Assembly (NCBI GenBank): GCA_028534125.1
Contig: CM052818.1
Span: forward strand, 3,906,001-3,970,000
Length of the DNA: 64,000 bases
Direction of reading: 5' to 3'
From: Lama glama
Lineage: Eukaryota
The notes beneath the pieces are model-generated. The model made no database searches and was not told the origin of the DNA. It worked only from the letters and a program-made list of their open reading frames with translations. A program made the translations under genes and the position numbers. Below are positions 1 through 11,215 of this stretch, one piece after another. How positions within the stretch are numbered: the first letter of the stretch is position 1; every line of letters begins with the position of its first letter.

Positions 1-103
1 GCTCTGTAATGACAATGAAGAGAGACTCTTTCTTCTTCTTTTGTCCCCCTCTACCTCCTCCCTCCTCCCTGGCTGTGAGGTTTCACTGCAGGTAGAAACT
101 TAC

Positions 104-173
104 ATGCCAACTTCCTTTAAGATAGGTGCTGGACACAGCAAATAAGTATCTTCCACAGCAAAGGGCTTCTCAT
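104..173 (-). CDS. ANTXR1: ANTXR1 coding exon (exon 11 equivalent, 70 nt): (N)[22 protein letters not shown](M)
   Basis: Manual translation (absent from the ORF track); TTTTTACAG acceptor, GTAAGT donor; phase matches exon 10. Confidence 0.96.
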
Positions 174-532
174 CTGTAAAAAGGAAGTCACTGGATTAAG
201 ACGAGTGAGGCAAATTTATAATTTCATGTTCAGGGACTCCTAGAGACCGTCAACCAAGTCCTGGGAGACCCTAGAAAAGTAGGAACTTTTGAAATAGAAA
301 CCAGTCTTGAGCTGTAAAATCCATTAGTGTGAACTCAAGGTCTCCTGCCTGAATATCAGCCCTTGACCCTATATGTCCAGTTGAGTCAATCAGGGAGCAA
401 ATAGAGAGTGAGCTCTTACCACAAACCAGGCATTACTGAGGGGAGATGGAAAGATGTTAGACTGGTCCTCAGGGAGCTCCGGGTCTAAGTCTAGTTTGAG
501 AGAGAAGCCATAGTCATGGAAAAAGTTTGCTG

Positions 533-1105
533 ATGCAGCATTATTTACAATACAAGACATGGAAGCAACCTAAATGTCCATCTACAGATAAATGTGGTAT
601 ACATAGGTACAACGGAATACCTTTCCACCATAAAAAGTGGAAATCTTGCCATTTGTAATAACATGGATGGATCTTGAGGGCATTATGCTAAGTGAAATAA
701 GTCAGACAAAGACAAATATCATACAATCTTACCTATATGTGGACTCTAAAAAAGAAAAACAACTCATAGATACGAAGAACAGATTGTTAGTTGTCAGAAG
801 CAGGTGGAAGATGGGGGAAATGGGCATGGCGGCCAAAAGGTACAAACTTCCAGGTATAAAATAAGTCCCAGAGATGTAGTGTACAGCATGGTGATTATAG
901 TTAATAATATTGTATTGCATATTTGAAATTTGTTAAAAGAGTAAATCTTAAAAGTTCTTACTACAAGAAAAAAACATAACCATGTGTGGTTATGGATATT
1001 AACTAGATTTATGATGGTGCTCATATATACAAATATTGAACCATTATGTTATACATCTGAAACTAATATAATGTTATATGTCATTATATCTCAATTAAAA
1101 AAAGA
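533..1105 (+). mobile_element. 5'-truncated LINE-1 (ORF2 C-terminus plus 3'UTR) with A-tail
   Basis: ORF 637..864 EILPFVITWMDLEGIMLSEISQ is the L1 ORF2 end; TSD-like AAAAAGTTTG(C/T)TG at 520-532 and 1106-1118. Confidence 0.9.
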
Positions 1106-2291
1106 AAAAAGTTTGTTGGCAGATATGAGAAGTGGCTAAGTCAAAATATCATTTGGCTTCAGAAGACAGAGAGCTCCTTTTAGGTGGGTGACGTGATGAG
1201 GTCACAGGGAATATAAAACTTCAGCTGTGCCGCGTCAGAGAGGCAGGGAAGAGGCTTTCCTGGTGGGAGGAATGGCATCAGCAAAGACAAAGCAGACACG
1301 AGGTACATTCCAGGGTAGGATGTAAGTAGGATTTGAAACGATCAGTATAGGAAAAAGTTTGGTCCAAGTTCTTTCAGCAAGACTGAGGGATTTGGATATA
1401 GGTCTATTATAAGCTATGATAAGAACTTTGGAGGCTTTTGGAGAATAACTTGAAGTGATGATTTTGGAAGTTTTAGCAAGTGTAGCTGTGAAAGATGGAT
1501 TAGATTAAGGGCAATCTGAAGGTGGAGGAGTTCTTTCTCTTATCCCAATGCATGACCGGGAGAAACTTAAGCAGCTTTAATCTCGAACTCCTTAAAACCT
1601 TCATTGTTTCCAGATTCTGAAAGTCGGAAGCAAGGCTGAGAATGTTTTATATTCAGCATATTGTAGTCATTCCTTTATGACTTAAAATTGATTGGGTGCA
1701 TGCTCTGCATGAAAGATTGTGGTAGGACTTGTAGGTGATATCAAGATGAATAATATTTAATAACAAGCTGTGAATATAGAGAGTTATACTGGAAGACAAG
1801 AATCCACACGTAATAGAAGGATGCTGTGCTGCTGTTGGCACTTGTTGCGAAACCGATGTTTCTAACGACCTTTGAATGATACTAAACATTTGCCTGAGTG
1901 GAGATTAGGAAGCCTCATGCACTCCATGCCTGGATTTAAGGGGGCAGAGCCACATGGGATGTGAGCTGGGGGACACATGTGAGTTCTAAGCGCTGAGTCT
2001 CCATGGAAGGAGGAGGAAGAGGACAGTCAACTACAGTCCCCCCCGATGTCTAGAGAGATCATCAAGTGGGGAAAAGTTACGGAAGTTATTCCGAGTCATT
2101 CATTCATTCGCTCAACAAATATTTATTGAAGGCTTACTATGATCTAGAGACATAGGCTCTGAGAAGAGAAACAGTCTGTGCTTTCGTGAATTTTAAAGGA
2201 GTTGCAGGAGAGAGAGTTATTAAACGCATTCATTTTTCTTGAAGCAGTAAAAATATTACACTTATTTAATCTTAGCCCTTTAGCACAAGTC

Positions 2292-2449
2292 TTTTTAAAT
2301 TGAAATAAAGTGAGTTTACAATATTACCTTAGTTTCAGGTGTACAACAATGATTCAATATTTTCATAGATTATATACTCCATTTAAAGTTATTACAAAAT
2401 GATGGCTGTATTTCCCTGCACTGTACAATAAATCCTTGTTGCTTATTTA
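2292..2449 (-). mobile_element. L1 3'UTR fragment
   Basis: ttagtttcaggtgtacaac...tttccctgcactgtacaataaatccttgttgc is a typical laurasiatherian L1 3' end. Confidence 0.75.
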
Positions 2450-2799
2450 AATATGTTCATTTTTTACTAATACATTCTCTTGAATGTTTACCACGTGCCA
2501 GGCATGGTACTAGGCCTGGCGGGTCAACACAGCAGGTGAAGCACCTCACTTTTTTTTTTAAAATGGCTACTGTTTTATTTATCTATTGGATTTAGGGCTG
2601 TGGGCAAGACTTATGCCCTGGGGACATTAGACACTGACCTAGCTAGTAAGAAGTGGCCTTCCCCCCCACGCCCCCGTTATTCCTTGGGTGTATAGTTTAA
2701 GGAAAAGGGATAATTAGCAGAATAAAATGCAGGCACTTCTAGGTCCTCTAGTCAAATGCCAATTAATCAACACTTCATTTAGAATTCTAATAAGAATGA

Positions 2800-3290
2800 C
2801 TAACCCTTCCTGGGTGAAGTGAACAGGGAGAATGAGGGAGGGCTTCACACAGGAAATGACATCAACATTGGGTTTTGATGGGTGAATAGGAGTTCTTAAG
2901 GGAGAGGAATAATGAGGAAAGCACAACAAAGCAGAAAAAAGATACTGCTGATTACACAAATTACTATTTAATTAGATTGTGGTGAGCACAAAGAAGAATA
3001 AGCAGGGGGCTGACTCTCATCTGGAAGGTCGGGAAACACTTCCCCTGAGGAAAGGCTCCGTGAGCTGAGATCTGAAAGCCAGGTGGAAGGAATAGAATGG
3101 GAAAGAGGCAGTGCCACACAGATCCTAAGGCTGGAAGGAGCCCAGATCTCTGGAGAGCTAACAGAAGGGAGACAAAGCTTTGAATTTCACTGAGACGTGG
3201 CTCAAAATGAGGCTAGAAGAGGCATCAGGACCAGATGACCACGGCCTTTTAGGATTTTTTTTCTAAATGTAACAGGAAGCTAGTGGAGGT
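2800..3290 (+). mobile_element. Degenerate L2 fragments
   Basis: L2-like phrases such as gagggagggcttcacacaggaaatgacat and cttcccctgaggaaaggctccgtgagctgagatctgaa; boundaries approximate. Confidence 0.5.
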
Positions 3291-3949
3291 TCCCTTTCAT
3301 ATTTAGAACAAGCACTGGCAGATTATGGAATGTTGCCAGAATAGTGAGGGTGTATTGAGTACAATTACGAAGCTTATGAGGAGAGCAGCGGAGCACATAG
3401 CGCCTGAACTGGGCATTGTTATCTTCAGGGTGCTTTCCCATCCATGGTGGCGGTAATGACAGTGCCCCCTGCGGGGGCATGCTGCGTGTAGGTGCCCTCT
3501 GAGCGCTCTGTGCACATCACATAGAGGAATTTAACCTTCTAGCAGTGCTATCACGGAAGGATGTTAGTCCCTTCATTTTAAAGCAAGGAACAGACATAGG
3601 CAGATGAAGGCACTTGCCCAGCGTCACGCAGGGGGCCTCCGACCTGCACCTGGGCAGTCTGGCTGCCACCTCTTGAAAAGAGCCACGCTTGGTCTGCTCT
3701 CGCTATTACCCTGTGAACCAAGGCAAGGCAGGAATCATTGGGCTCATTTTTCAAATGCAAAATGGAGGCTCAGAGGGGCCGCAGCAACCCGTGGTTGCAT
3801 AGCAAGTCCGAAGCAAAGACGAGACTAGAACTGAATTCTCCAGCATCCTCGCCCGGAGCCTCTCCATTTCCGGAAAGGCTCGTATTAGAGAATAAAGCGA
3901 ACTCAGGACAGACATGGCTGAATACAACCTATATTTATTTTCTCTTGGC

Positions 3950-4745
3950 CACGGTTTATCCTGCCGCACAGGCACTGGTAATACCTGGGAGCGCAGATCC
4001 CTTCCCACAGAGCCAGCCCGCAGAGCCACCAGGCCAGCCACAGCGCGACCACAGGAGGCCTCGTGACTCCGGGCTACATCCTGCCTGGAGGAGCTGGGCG
4101 GGGCGCCCGGCGGCCACGCCCCCGGGCACAGGCTCCCTCCCCGGCTTCCCACGGACAGCTCCTCTCCTTCCCTCCGTCCCAACCCGAAAGGACCGAGTGC
4201 GTGAGGTGTCCTCCTCTCCCGCCTGGGAGACCACCGATTTCTGGAGCAAAGCAGAGGGGAACCTCCCTGGGAGGAGCGGGGAGACGTGGCCTCCCATCAC
4301 TTCATCAGCCTCTGAGGCTGCAGGCCTGCGCTGGGCAGCTGGCATTTTCTGCTCTGAGAGAGATTGTTTGGTTTGGAGCCTGGTTTCACTTCACCACAAA
4401 AATGAGTGACTTCCCCCCCCCCCTCCCCTTTCTCTCTAAACAAAGGAGGCTCATTTGGTTTCCATAACTCAGATCATCTGACTCCTTCCTGGAACGCCCA
4501 CGGGGAAGCAGGGCACAAAGCCGCCCTCCTCAGCTGCGCCACCTTTGGCTCAGAGGCCATGCCAACCTCGACGTCCCCTCTGCCAAGGCCGGTGGCGGTA
4601 TGATGTTTATGGGGCCATCATCCGCCCCGGGGACGCCGGAGGGCCCAGCTCCTCGGTCCACCAGCGGCCATTTCACCCCTTAGCATCCGGCAGGCAGGGA
4701 GATGGAAGCCTGGAGCTGGGAGGAAATTAGGGAGGGGCGGGGGCT
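3950..4745. promoter_or_regulatory. Intronic CpG-island-like GC-rich region with GC boxes
   Basis: Dense CpGs (e.g. gggcggggcgcccggcggccacgcccccggg) in an otherwise CpG-depleted window; GGGCGG boxes near 4096 and 4735. Confidence 0.6.
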
Positions 4746-5004
4746 GGAAACCAGACCTTAAGGGAATTTTTAGGTGATCTATAAATAGAAATTTCCTTGC
4801 CTTTTACCAAGCTATTTCAGAATTCAGTGCATACCCATGACATAGACTGATCTAGAGCATTTGTTTTTACAAGAGTCTGATAATCGAACAGAGGCTTGAT
4901 TTAAATCAGGATCTGGAGATCAATGAGTGTCACTACGAGAAACTGCCAAACGCCCCAGCCCTGGGAGCCGAGCATCCCTGAGAATGAGTACAGAGGCACA
5001 GAGC

Positions 5005-5180
5005 AGGGCCAGATGACTTCAGAGTCAAACTGACCCAGGTTCAAATCCCAGGACCTCTTACTAATGTGGGAAGGGGCAAGTTCCTCATCTGTGAACAGTG
5101 ATGGTGACATCATTGCATGAGGTTGTGCAGGGAACGAATGAGAATGCGTGGAAGTACATTACTCAGCACTTAATGAACAT
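5005..5180 (+). mobile_element. MIR SINE remnant
   Basis: agagtcaaactgacccaggttcaaatccca...ggcaagttcctcatctgtgaa...cacttaatgaaca. Confidence 0.6.
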
Positions 5181-5386
5181 TATTTCACATTATCCCACGA
5201 GTAACCAAGCCTTTAAAATAAACATTGAATGTGTGGTTTAAAATCAGAATAGTAAATTAAAATTTTCAGAATGTCTAATTGTTTAACTAGATTGTTCTAT
5301 CCAACATCTTTTTAGGCATTATGAATTCCGAGGAAAATGAAAAGTTTTAGTGAATCTCTGTATGTATACATATGCATATATAGCTA

Positions 5387-5407
5387 CACACACACACACA
5401 CACACAT
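5387..5407. repeat. (AC)n microsatellite
   Basis: acacacacacacacacacaca seen directly. Confidence 0.9.
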
Positions 5408-5501
5408 ACATCTTTACATATATATCTATATGTATCTCTATATCCATACTGATTTTGTGTAACACTATATATCCATGGCCTCATTTGACATTATTATTAT
5501 T

Positions 5502-5556
5502 TTTTTATAGTTTTCTCTGGATATATGCCCAGGAGTGGGATTGCTGGATCATATAG
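5502..5556 (-). mobile_element. ~55-bp internal L1 ORF2 fragment with 13-bp direct repeats
   Basis: Minus strand ATATGATCCAGCAATCCCACTCCTGGGCATATATCCAGAGAAAACTATAA (YDPAIPLLGIYPEKT); CATTATTATTATT at 5489-5501 and 5557-5569. Confidence 0.8.
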
Positions 5557-5759
5557 CATTATTATTATTATTTATTTACAATTTGGGAAACCAAGGCTCA
5601 GAGAAGTTGGTTAATTGAGTTAGTGTTGTACTACTAATGAAAGTCAGAGCTGGAATTCAAACCCAGGTTTTGTTGAAATAACTTGCCCATGGTCAACCCA
5701 GCTAGTTTTTTGTTTTTTGTTTTTTTTTACAAGTGTAACTTAAACTAGTTAGCCATTTA

Positions 5760-5998
5760 TTTTTATTTTTTATTTTATTTTTACCACTTTAACTATTTAA
5801 ATTTTTTAAAATTTTTTAATTAAAAATTTTAATTTACCTATTTGGGTAATATTTATTTATTTTCATTATTTTTTTATTTAAAATAAATGAATAATTATTT
5901 TTTCATTGATATCTTTTATTTAACAGAGGTACTGGGGATCAAACCCATGACCTTGTGCATGCTGAGCATGCACTCTACCACTGAGCCATACCCTCCCC
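5760..5998 (-). mobile_element. Camelid tRNA-derived SINE (Vic-1-like) with long AT-rich tail
   Basis: Minus-strand head GGGGAGGGTATGGCTCAGTGGTAGAGTGCATGCTCAGCATGCACAAGGTCATGGGTTTGATCCCCAGTACCTC at 5926-5998. Confidence 0.85.
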
Positions 5999-7826
5999 TC
6001 ATAGTTAGGTTGGTTGTAACAAACCCATGTTCTAGAACCAGACATTCAAATGTGTACACTCACAAGTTTTGATTTTGAATCAATGTAATTCTTTTCGGAC
6101 TGGTGAAGAAGTATCCAGAATTCTCCCCTGCAGTTGGTGACTGTCTAATGGATTTGGGATAAAACCAGGATTAAAATTTATTAGTCAATACAAACACCAA
6201 TCACAGTGAATCCTTTTATAGGGCTGATTAAATACTTGAAATATTTTTCCAAGTCTTGGCAATCCTTTCTTGATATAAATATTTACTTCTGGCTAAAAGG
6301 ACAAGAAAAATAACCCTTAGTCTTATCTGAGGGAGCCTGCTGAAACCCTCCAAAAGCTGATGTAAGCTCCAAAGTAGAGTTTACATTCCTGTTGTGACAA
6401 AATAGCAGAGGTTAGGGACTGAATGAGCTCACCCTGCTTTCTCCTAATCTCGCCTGGGTCTAGGGAGCATTTCTGTGGCATCTCCGAGCCAAGTGTAACT
6501 GCTTAGCACCAAATTATCAACTAGTTTAGAAATGTGTCTCTGAAAGAAGAGAGAAGAGACAACCTAGAGTTAGACTGGATGTTTCTACCTTTTTTACCGA
6601 CTTGAAAAGTAACCAGCTTTTTAACAAGTGAGACTTTTAAAATACTGTGCAAAAACCTGACATAAAATGATACTTAGCAGGACTCCAAGTTGATGAAATT
6701 CAAAGCATCTGGCTTGAGCTTTCTGGGGTCCTGGCCAGAAAGGAGGTGGCTGATGGCCCTACTGGGACTCCTGCAATGCAATTCACAAACATGGGGGTCT
6801 TATTGCAACGCTAAATGGAAACCGGGGCTTAGAGTAGAAAGAAACTAACAATTTGTTAGGCTTGTACTATGTGTCCAGTCCCCGGGCTGAAAGGTTTTCA
6901 TAGACGGCTTAGGTCACAAGCCTATGGATTCCTTTAAAAAGAAGACATTAAACTCTGCATAAAGGGACCACACAGAGATTCTGAAAGCGGAGAGGACGGC
7001 TTCTGTCTGCAAAGGCTGAACAATGGCTCTGTGGTCAGAGCTATGAGAAATAAGAGTCATGACAGAGCGGGAGAAGATGGTAGTGCCGCAGAGGGGGGTG
7101 GGGTCAAGTGGGGCATAATTCTCAGGACATACAAGCCCGCTGAAGTGTTGTCTGAATTCTCGCCCAGCTGAAGCCAGAGGGGAGACTTTCACTTGGCAGA
7201 ACCAAGCTGGCCACCATCCTGTCCCCGAGACATGGCCCACACCTCTCCACCCCTTTCCTGGCCTGGAGTTGTTGCAAGGTTTCTTTGGAAGCCCACCCTG
7301 GCTAGTTACTACAAGATCAGGCAATGAGCTTGGCCAGTAGGTTCCTGGGAGTTCCCTGGGCCTACACACGACTACTTCACCAGTTCCTGTGTCCAGGATA
7401 TGCCTTTTGCTTTCCCTCCCTGTTCTCGGGGGCAGGTGAGAGTAGAATACAGAACAGTGAGCACTCTCAGAGCCCGGTCTCTGAGTCCCATCGCAGCTTG
7501 CCCCCGCTGGCTGTGTCACCCCGCCCATAACCCAGAGTGTTCACCTGTAAGATGGATTAATATTCATTTCATATTCAGTTAATAAGATGATATGATTAAA
7601 TGTTCAACTCATAATGAGCACTTGACCTATGTCAACTGTCGCTACTAAAGTGGGGTGCTGCTGGGCTCATTGACTGAGGCACCTGCAAAAAACAAGATGT
7701 GAACGTGTGTACCAACTGAGGGGGTCTTGAAACTCATCCACTGGATTGCTGTCAGCGCTATGTGGTGTGGGTGTGACAAGAAGAGGCTCGTTAATTCAAA
7801 CAGGATCTCTGGACATGGATGTGGTG

Positions 7827-8044
7827 CAGTGGCCCTCAAATGGGGGCGATTTTTGTCCGCTAGGGGATAATGTCAATGTTTGAGACAATTTTGGTTGTTA
7901 AACTGGGGGAGGAGAGCTATGGGATCTAGTGAGCAGAGATCAGGGGTGATGCCAAGTACCCTACAGTGCACAGGGCATCCCTCTGCACCTCAACAGGAAA
8001 TTATCTGGTCCAAATTGTCAAAAGGGCTAAGGTAAGAAATCCTG
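7827..8044 (+). mobile_element. MER20 (hAT-Charlie) DNA transposon fossil
   Basis: cagtggccctcaaatgggggcgattttt...ctacagtgcacaggg...aattatctggtccaaattgtcaa...gaaatcctg matches the recalled MER20 consensus. Confidence 0.8.
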
Positions 8045-8801
8045 GCATCATGTCTACCATGGCTTCATACCTTCCGTTGGCCCATTGTACAGAGTCCTAC
8101 AGATGTAACTAGGTGGTTTGCAGTCCCCCCAGGTTACTGGTAAAATGTCCAGAAAAGTTCAGAGGTTTTATAAGATTATAGGTAGAGGAGGCGGAGGGCC
8201 ATTGGAAGACACCAGTGGAGCTGGTCAGTTGGGGTAAAGAAGAGAGTGCTTCCTGGAGAATTCTCCCATGCAGGCTTTGATGCGTCCAGGTTTTCCTAGC
8301 GGTAGGTGGCCTATCCCCTGAGCCACTTTGCTGGGCAGAGCTTTATAGCTGAAATGGGGACCCTCCAGGGGCGGGGCTTAGATGGCTCCCGAGGCTCTGA
8401 GCAGACGTGCGTAGGAAGGCTGTGGAGGTACAACATCTTTCCTGTAAATAGCAGTGGAGGACTCTGGGCTGAGAGCAGCCTTGGAGGAAAATGAAGCGGG
8501 CTATGGAAACACTGTACACGAGGTCAAGATTACATCACAGCCCCAGAAGGAGAGGGAGGAAAAGGTGAGGACGATGCATGCATTCTCAGAGGAGCGCAGG
8601 GATGGGATCCAGGAGCCCTGCTGGTCTCTGGATTGTTATTTTTGGGCTTACATACTCCCCAGTCCCACAAGGCTGGGATCCCTGTGGTTCTGGACTTGCC
8701 AGCTTTTAGAGCTGGTCCTCAGCACAGCTAGCCTGGCTTCTCAAGATGTAAATTATTTTCTGCTCATATTTACTGTTATTTTTATTAATTATAAAAGTGG
8801 A

Positions 8802-8915
8802 GGGGGAGGGTAATAGCTCAGTGGTAGAGCACATGCTTAGCATGCATAAGGTTCTGGGTTCCCCAGTACCTCCATTAAAAATCAATCAATCAATCAATCA
8901 AATTATCCTCCCCTG
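8802..8915 (+). mobile_element. Vic-1-like SINE, copy 1 of a tandem trio, (ATCA)n tail
   Basis: ggggagggtaatagctcagtggtagagcacatgcttagcatgcataaggttctgggttccccagtacctcc. Confidence 0.88.
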
Positions 8916-8932
8916 CCAATACGCTACGTAGT

Positions 8933-9060
8933 GGGGAGGGTATAGCTCAGTGCTAGAATGGATGCTTAGCATGCACAAGGTCCTGGGTACCTCCATTAAA
9001 AAAATAATAAAGTAAATAAATAAACCTAATTACCCACCCCCCTAAATCAAACAAAAACAC
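8933..9060 (+). mobile_element. Vic-1-like SINE, copy 2 of the trio
   Basis: ggggagggtatagctcagtgctagaatggatgcttagcatgcacaaggtcctgg...aataaataaacctaattaccc. Confidence 0.88.
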
Positions 9061-9070
9061 TCTATATAAA

Positions 9071-9158
9071 GGGGTGGGTATAGCTTGGTGGTAGAAAACA
9101 TGCTTAGCATGCACGAGGTCCTGGGTTCAATCCCCAGTACTGCCATTAAAAAAAAAAA
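9071..9158 (+). mobile_element. Vic-1-like SINE, copy 3 of the trio, poly-A tail
   Basis: ggggtgggtatagcttggtggtagaaaacatgcttagcatgcacgaggtcctgggttcaatccccagtac plus A-run. Confidence 0.88.
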
Positions 9159-10859
9159 GACATAAAAATAATACAAGGTTGGTGTGAGAGGTCTGAGAAA
9201 TACAGAGAAATACATTTAGGAAAATGAAAATCCTTGATAATCCTAACTTCCAGGGATAAACATTGTTAATGCTTTGAGGAACACTATTTCAGAATTTTTT
9301 CTATGCATATTAGCTTTTACATGATTGGAAACATACTATATATAACGTTGTGATGTTTGGCACTCATCTTTATCCGAAGTTAATAGGGACAGATGTAGGT
9401 ACTGCAAGAAAACTAAATGAAGGTAATGGGGCTCAGAGCTCTTGCAAAATATTTTGTCCTCTCAATAAATCTAGACCAAAAAATTCTTGTCTGTTGACAT
9501 AAAACTTAGAAATTATCTTCTAAGCAAAGCATCAACCTTTTAAAAATTCATAAGCTTGAGGTCAGCAAAGTGGTGTACTTGAGACAGCTGTAATTTGCTA
9601 AGAATAAATATATTTTTTACGGATTTGTTTTCACTTAGTTGAAGACAATTCAGGATTCATGCACAAGGTATGTGTCTCCAGACACACAAACTCTTTTAGC
9701 TGTACACAATTAGGTTTGGAAGGTTTTACCTTTGGAATTGTGATCGAGGGGAAAGTCTATTAAAGTAGCTGCAGACTTCCACATGACCATGGCCATGAAC
9801 TGTGGCAAATGCTGACTGCACTTAAAGAACACAAACCTATATGGAAACTCAGGACAGAGGTGGGGAGGAGACCTTGGGTACATACTTGAGTAACTGTGGA
9901 TGCAGATTAGGGGCCAGAGCTTAACTGCAAGGAGGAGAGATATCTCAGTAGCTCGCTTTCTTCCTTTTCCTCAGTAGCACCTAACTTTTCCTCTAAATGA
10001 ATGTTGAGCAAATATTTAAAGAATGTCAGTTTGAAGGGGGCATAGATTATTGGCCTGCCTGGGGGTCCAGTGGGCCTGGTCCATCTCTGTGTTAACCACT
10101 TTTTCTCCCATCATCCCACTGACGTGACAAAGGAGCAGTATTACATGGGGAAAAGCACCATCTACCGAAGTCCAGCCGTCTGTACAGAAGAGAAGAGGTG
10201 CCAGCTTCTCCCATCAGGACAACAGGGCTGGGGTAACAGCAGTTTCAGGGAAGTTCACAATCAAATCTCTCCTCCAACCATGCCTCAAAGAAGCCCATTG
10301 TATGCCAGAGTCCACAGGCAGCTTGTAAGTTTTATTTGGAGGCAACTGCGTACTTGGTAGAGCAGGGGCAATGTCAAGGCTGACTGTCTACCAGGAGCTG
10401 CTGCAGATAACTTTGGACCAACTTTGGAAGAACCTCATTTGCCCTCAAATGAAAATCTTCACCACTTAGTTACGTCTGGTGGCAGCTTCGCTTCGATCCC
10501 CACCCCATGCCACATCACTGGGGCTTCTGTCTGACCAAACAAAACTGCAGTAAATTTCCACTTATCTCTATTTTTGTCTGGATCTGAAAGATAGAAACCT
10601 GGACTAACACAGCCTTGGCAGGAGCCCCTTCAGAAACAGGTGGGAGAAGTCCAACCCCCCTCTGAAAGCCCGGGCAAAGGGGAAACAGATACACAAAAAG
10701 CCCCTGAAGTGCAAGAAAGAGGGGCCACCTGGGGAACCAGAAGAGGTGCCTTACGCGTGATCACACAGTCAGCTGCGCACACTGACATTCTAAAGCCTGT
10801 GTTCTTCCTTCCCTGGTCCTGGGCATTTTTTCCTTGAACCAGTGTTCAAGGCTTGGCTC

Positions 10860-11215
10860 TCTAACGTGCTCTGTGACCTTGGGCAAGTAGCTAAATCTCT
10901 CTGAGCTGAGGTTTCCTGTCTATAAAATGAGGGGGAGCAGCAGAAATCAGTGCCACCAAATCAGACACATATCAGAGTGATGTAGGCATTCGGGGTCAGG
11001 GGACCCGAGGATCTGAGGGGATCCCTATTTTGGAAGCAATGTAGAGACGTGGGCAAAAGCCTCTGGTGTAGACCACTTGGGGTCCAAACTGCCTTCATCT
11101 CTGGCCATCTGGGTGACCCTGAGCACTTTGTCTCTGAGTTTCTGTCCCCCTGTCAGCAGCATAGGGCTACAAATAACTCCTTGCTCTCTGGGCTGCTGTG
11201 AGGATGAAATGAGCT
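10860..11215 (+). mobile_element. MIR remnants (two)
   Basis: tgtgaccttgggcaagtagctaaatctctctgagctgaggtttcctgtctataaaatgagg; gggctgctgtgaggatgaaatgag. Confidence 0.6.

Noticed and set aside
3738-4467. Overlapping long ORFs (223, 143, 134, 129 aa) on both strands
   Set aside because: Expected stop-codon scarcity in GC-rich DNA; Pro/Ala/Gly-rich with no recognisable domain, and the start overlaps a MIR remnant.
6914-7528. 204-aa minus-strand ORF
   Set aside because: No recognisable homology or domain and no fit to the ANTXR1 exon chain.
8802-9158. tRNA gene cluster or CRISPR-like array
   Set aside because: Units are tRNA-derived SINE heads with A-rich tails and deletions; eukaryotic context with no repeat-spacer regularity.
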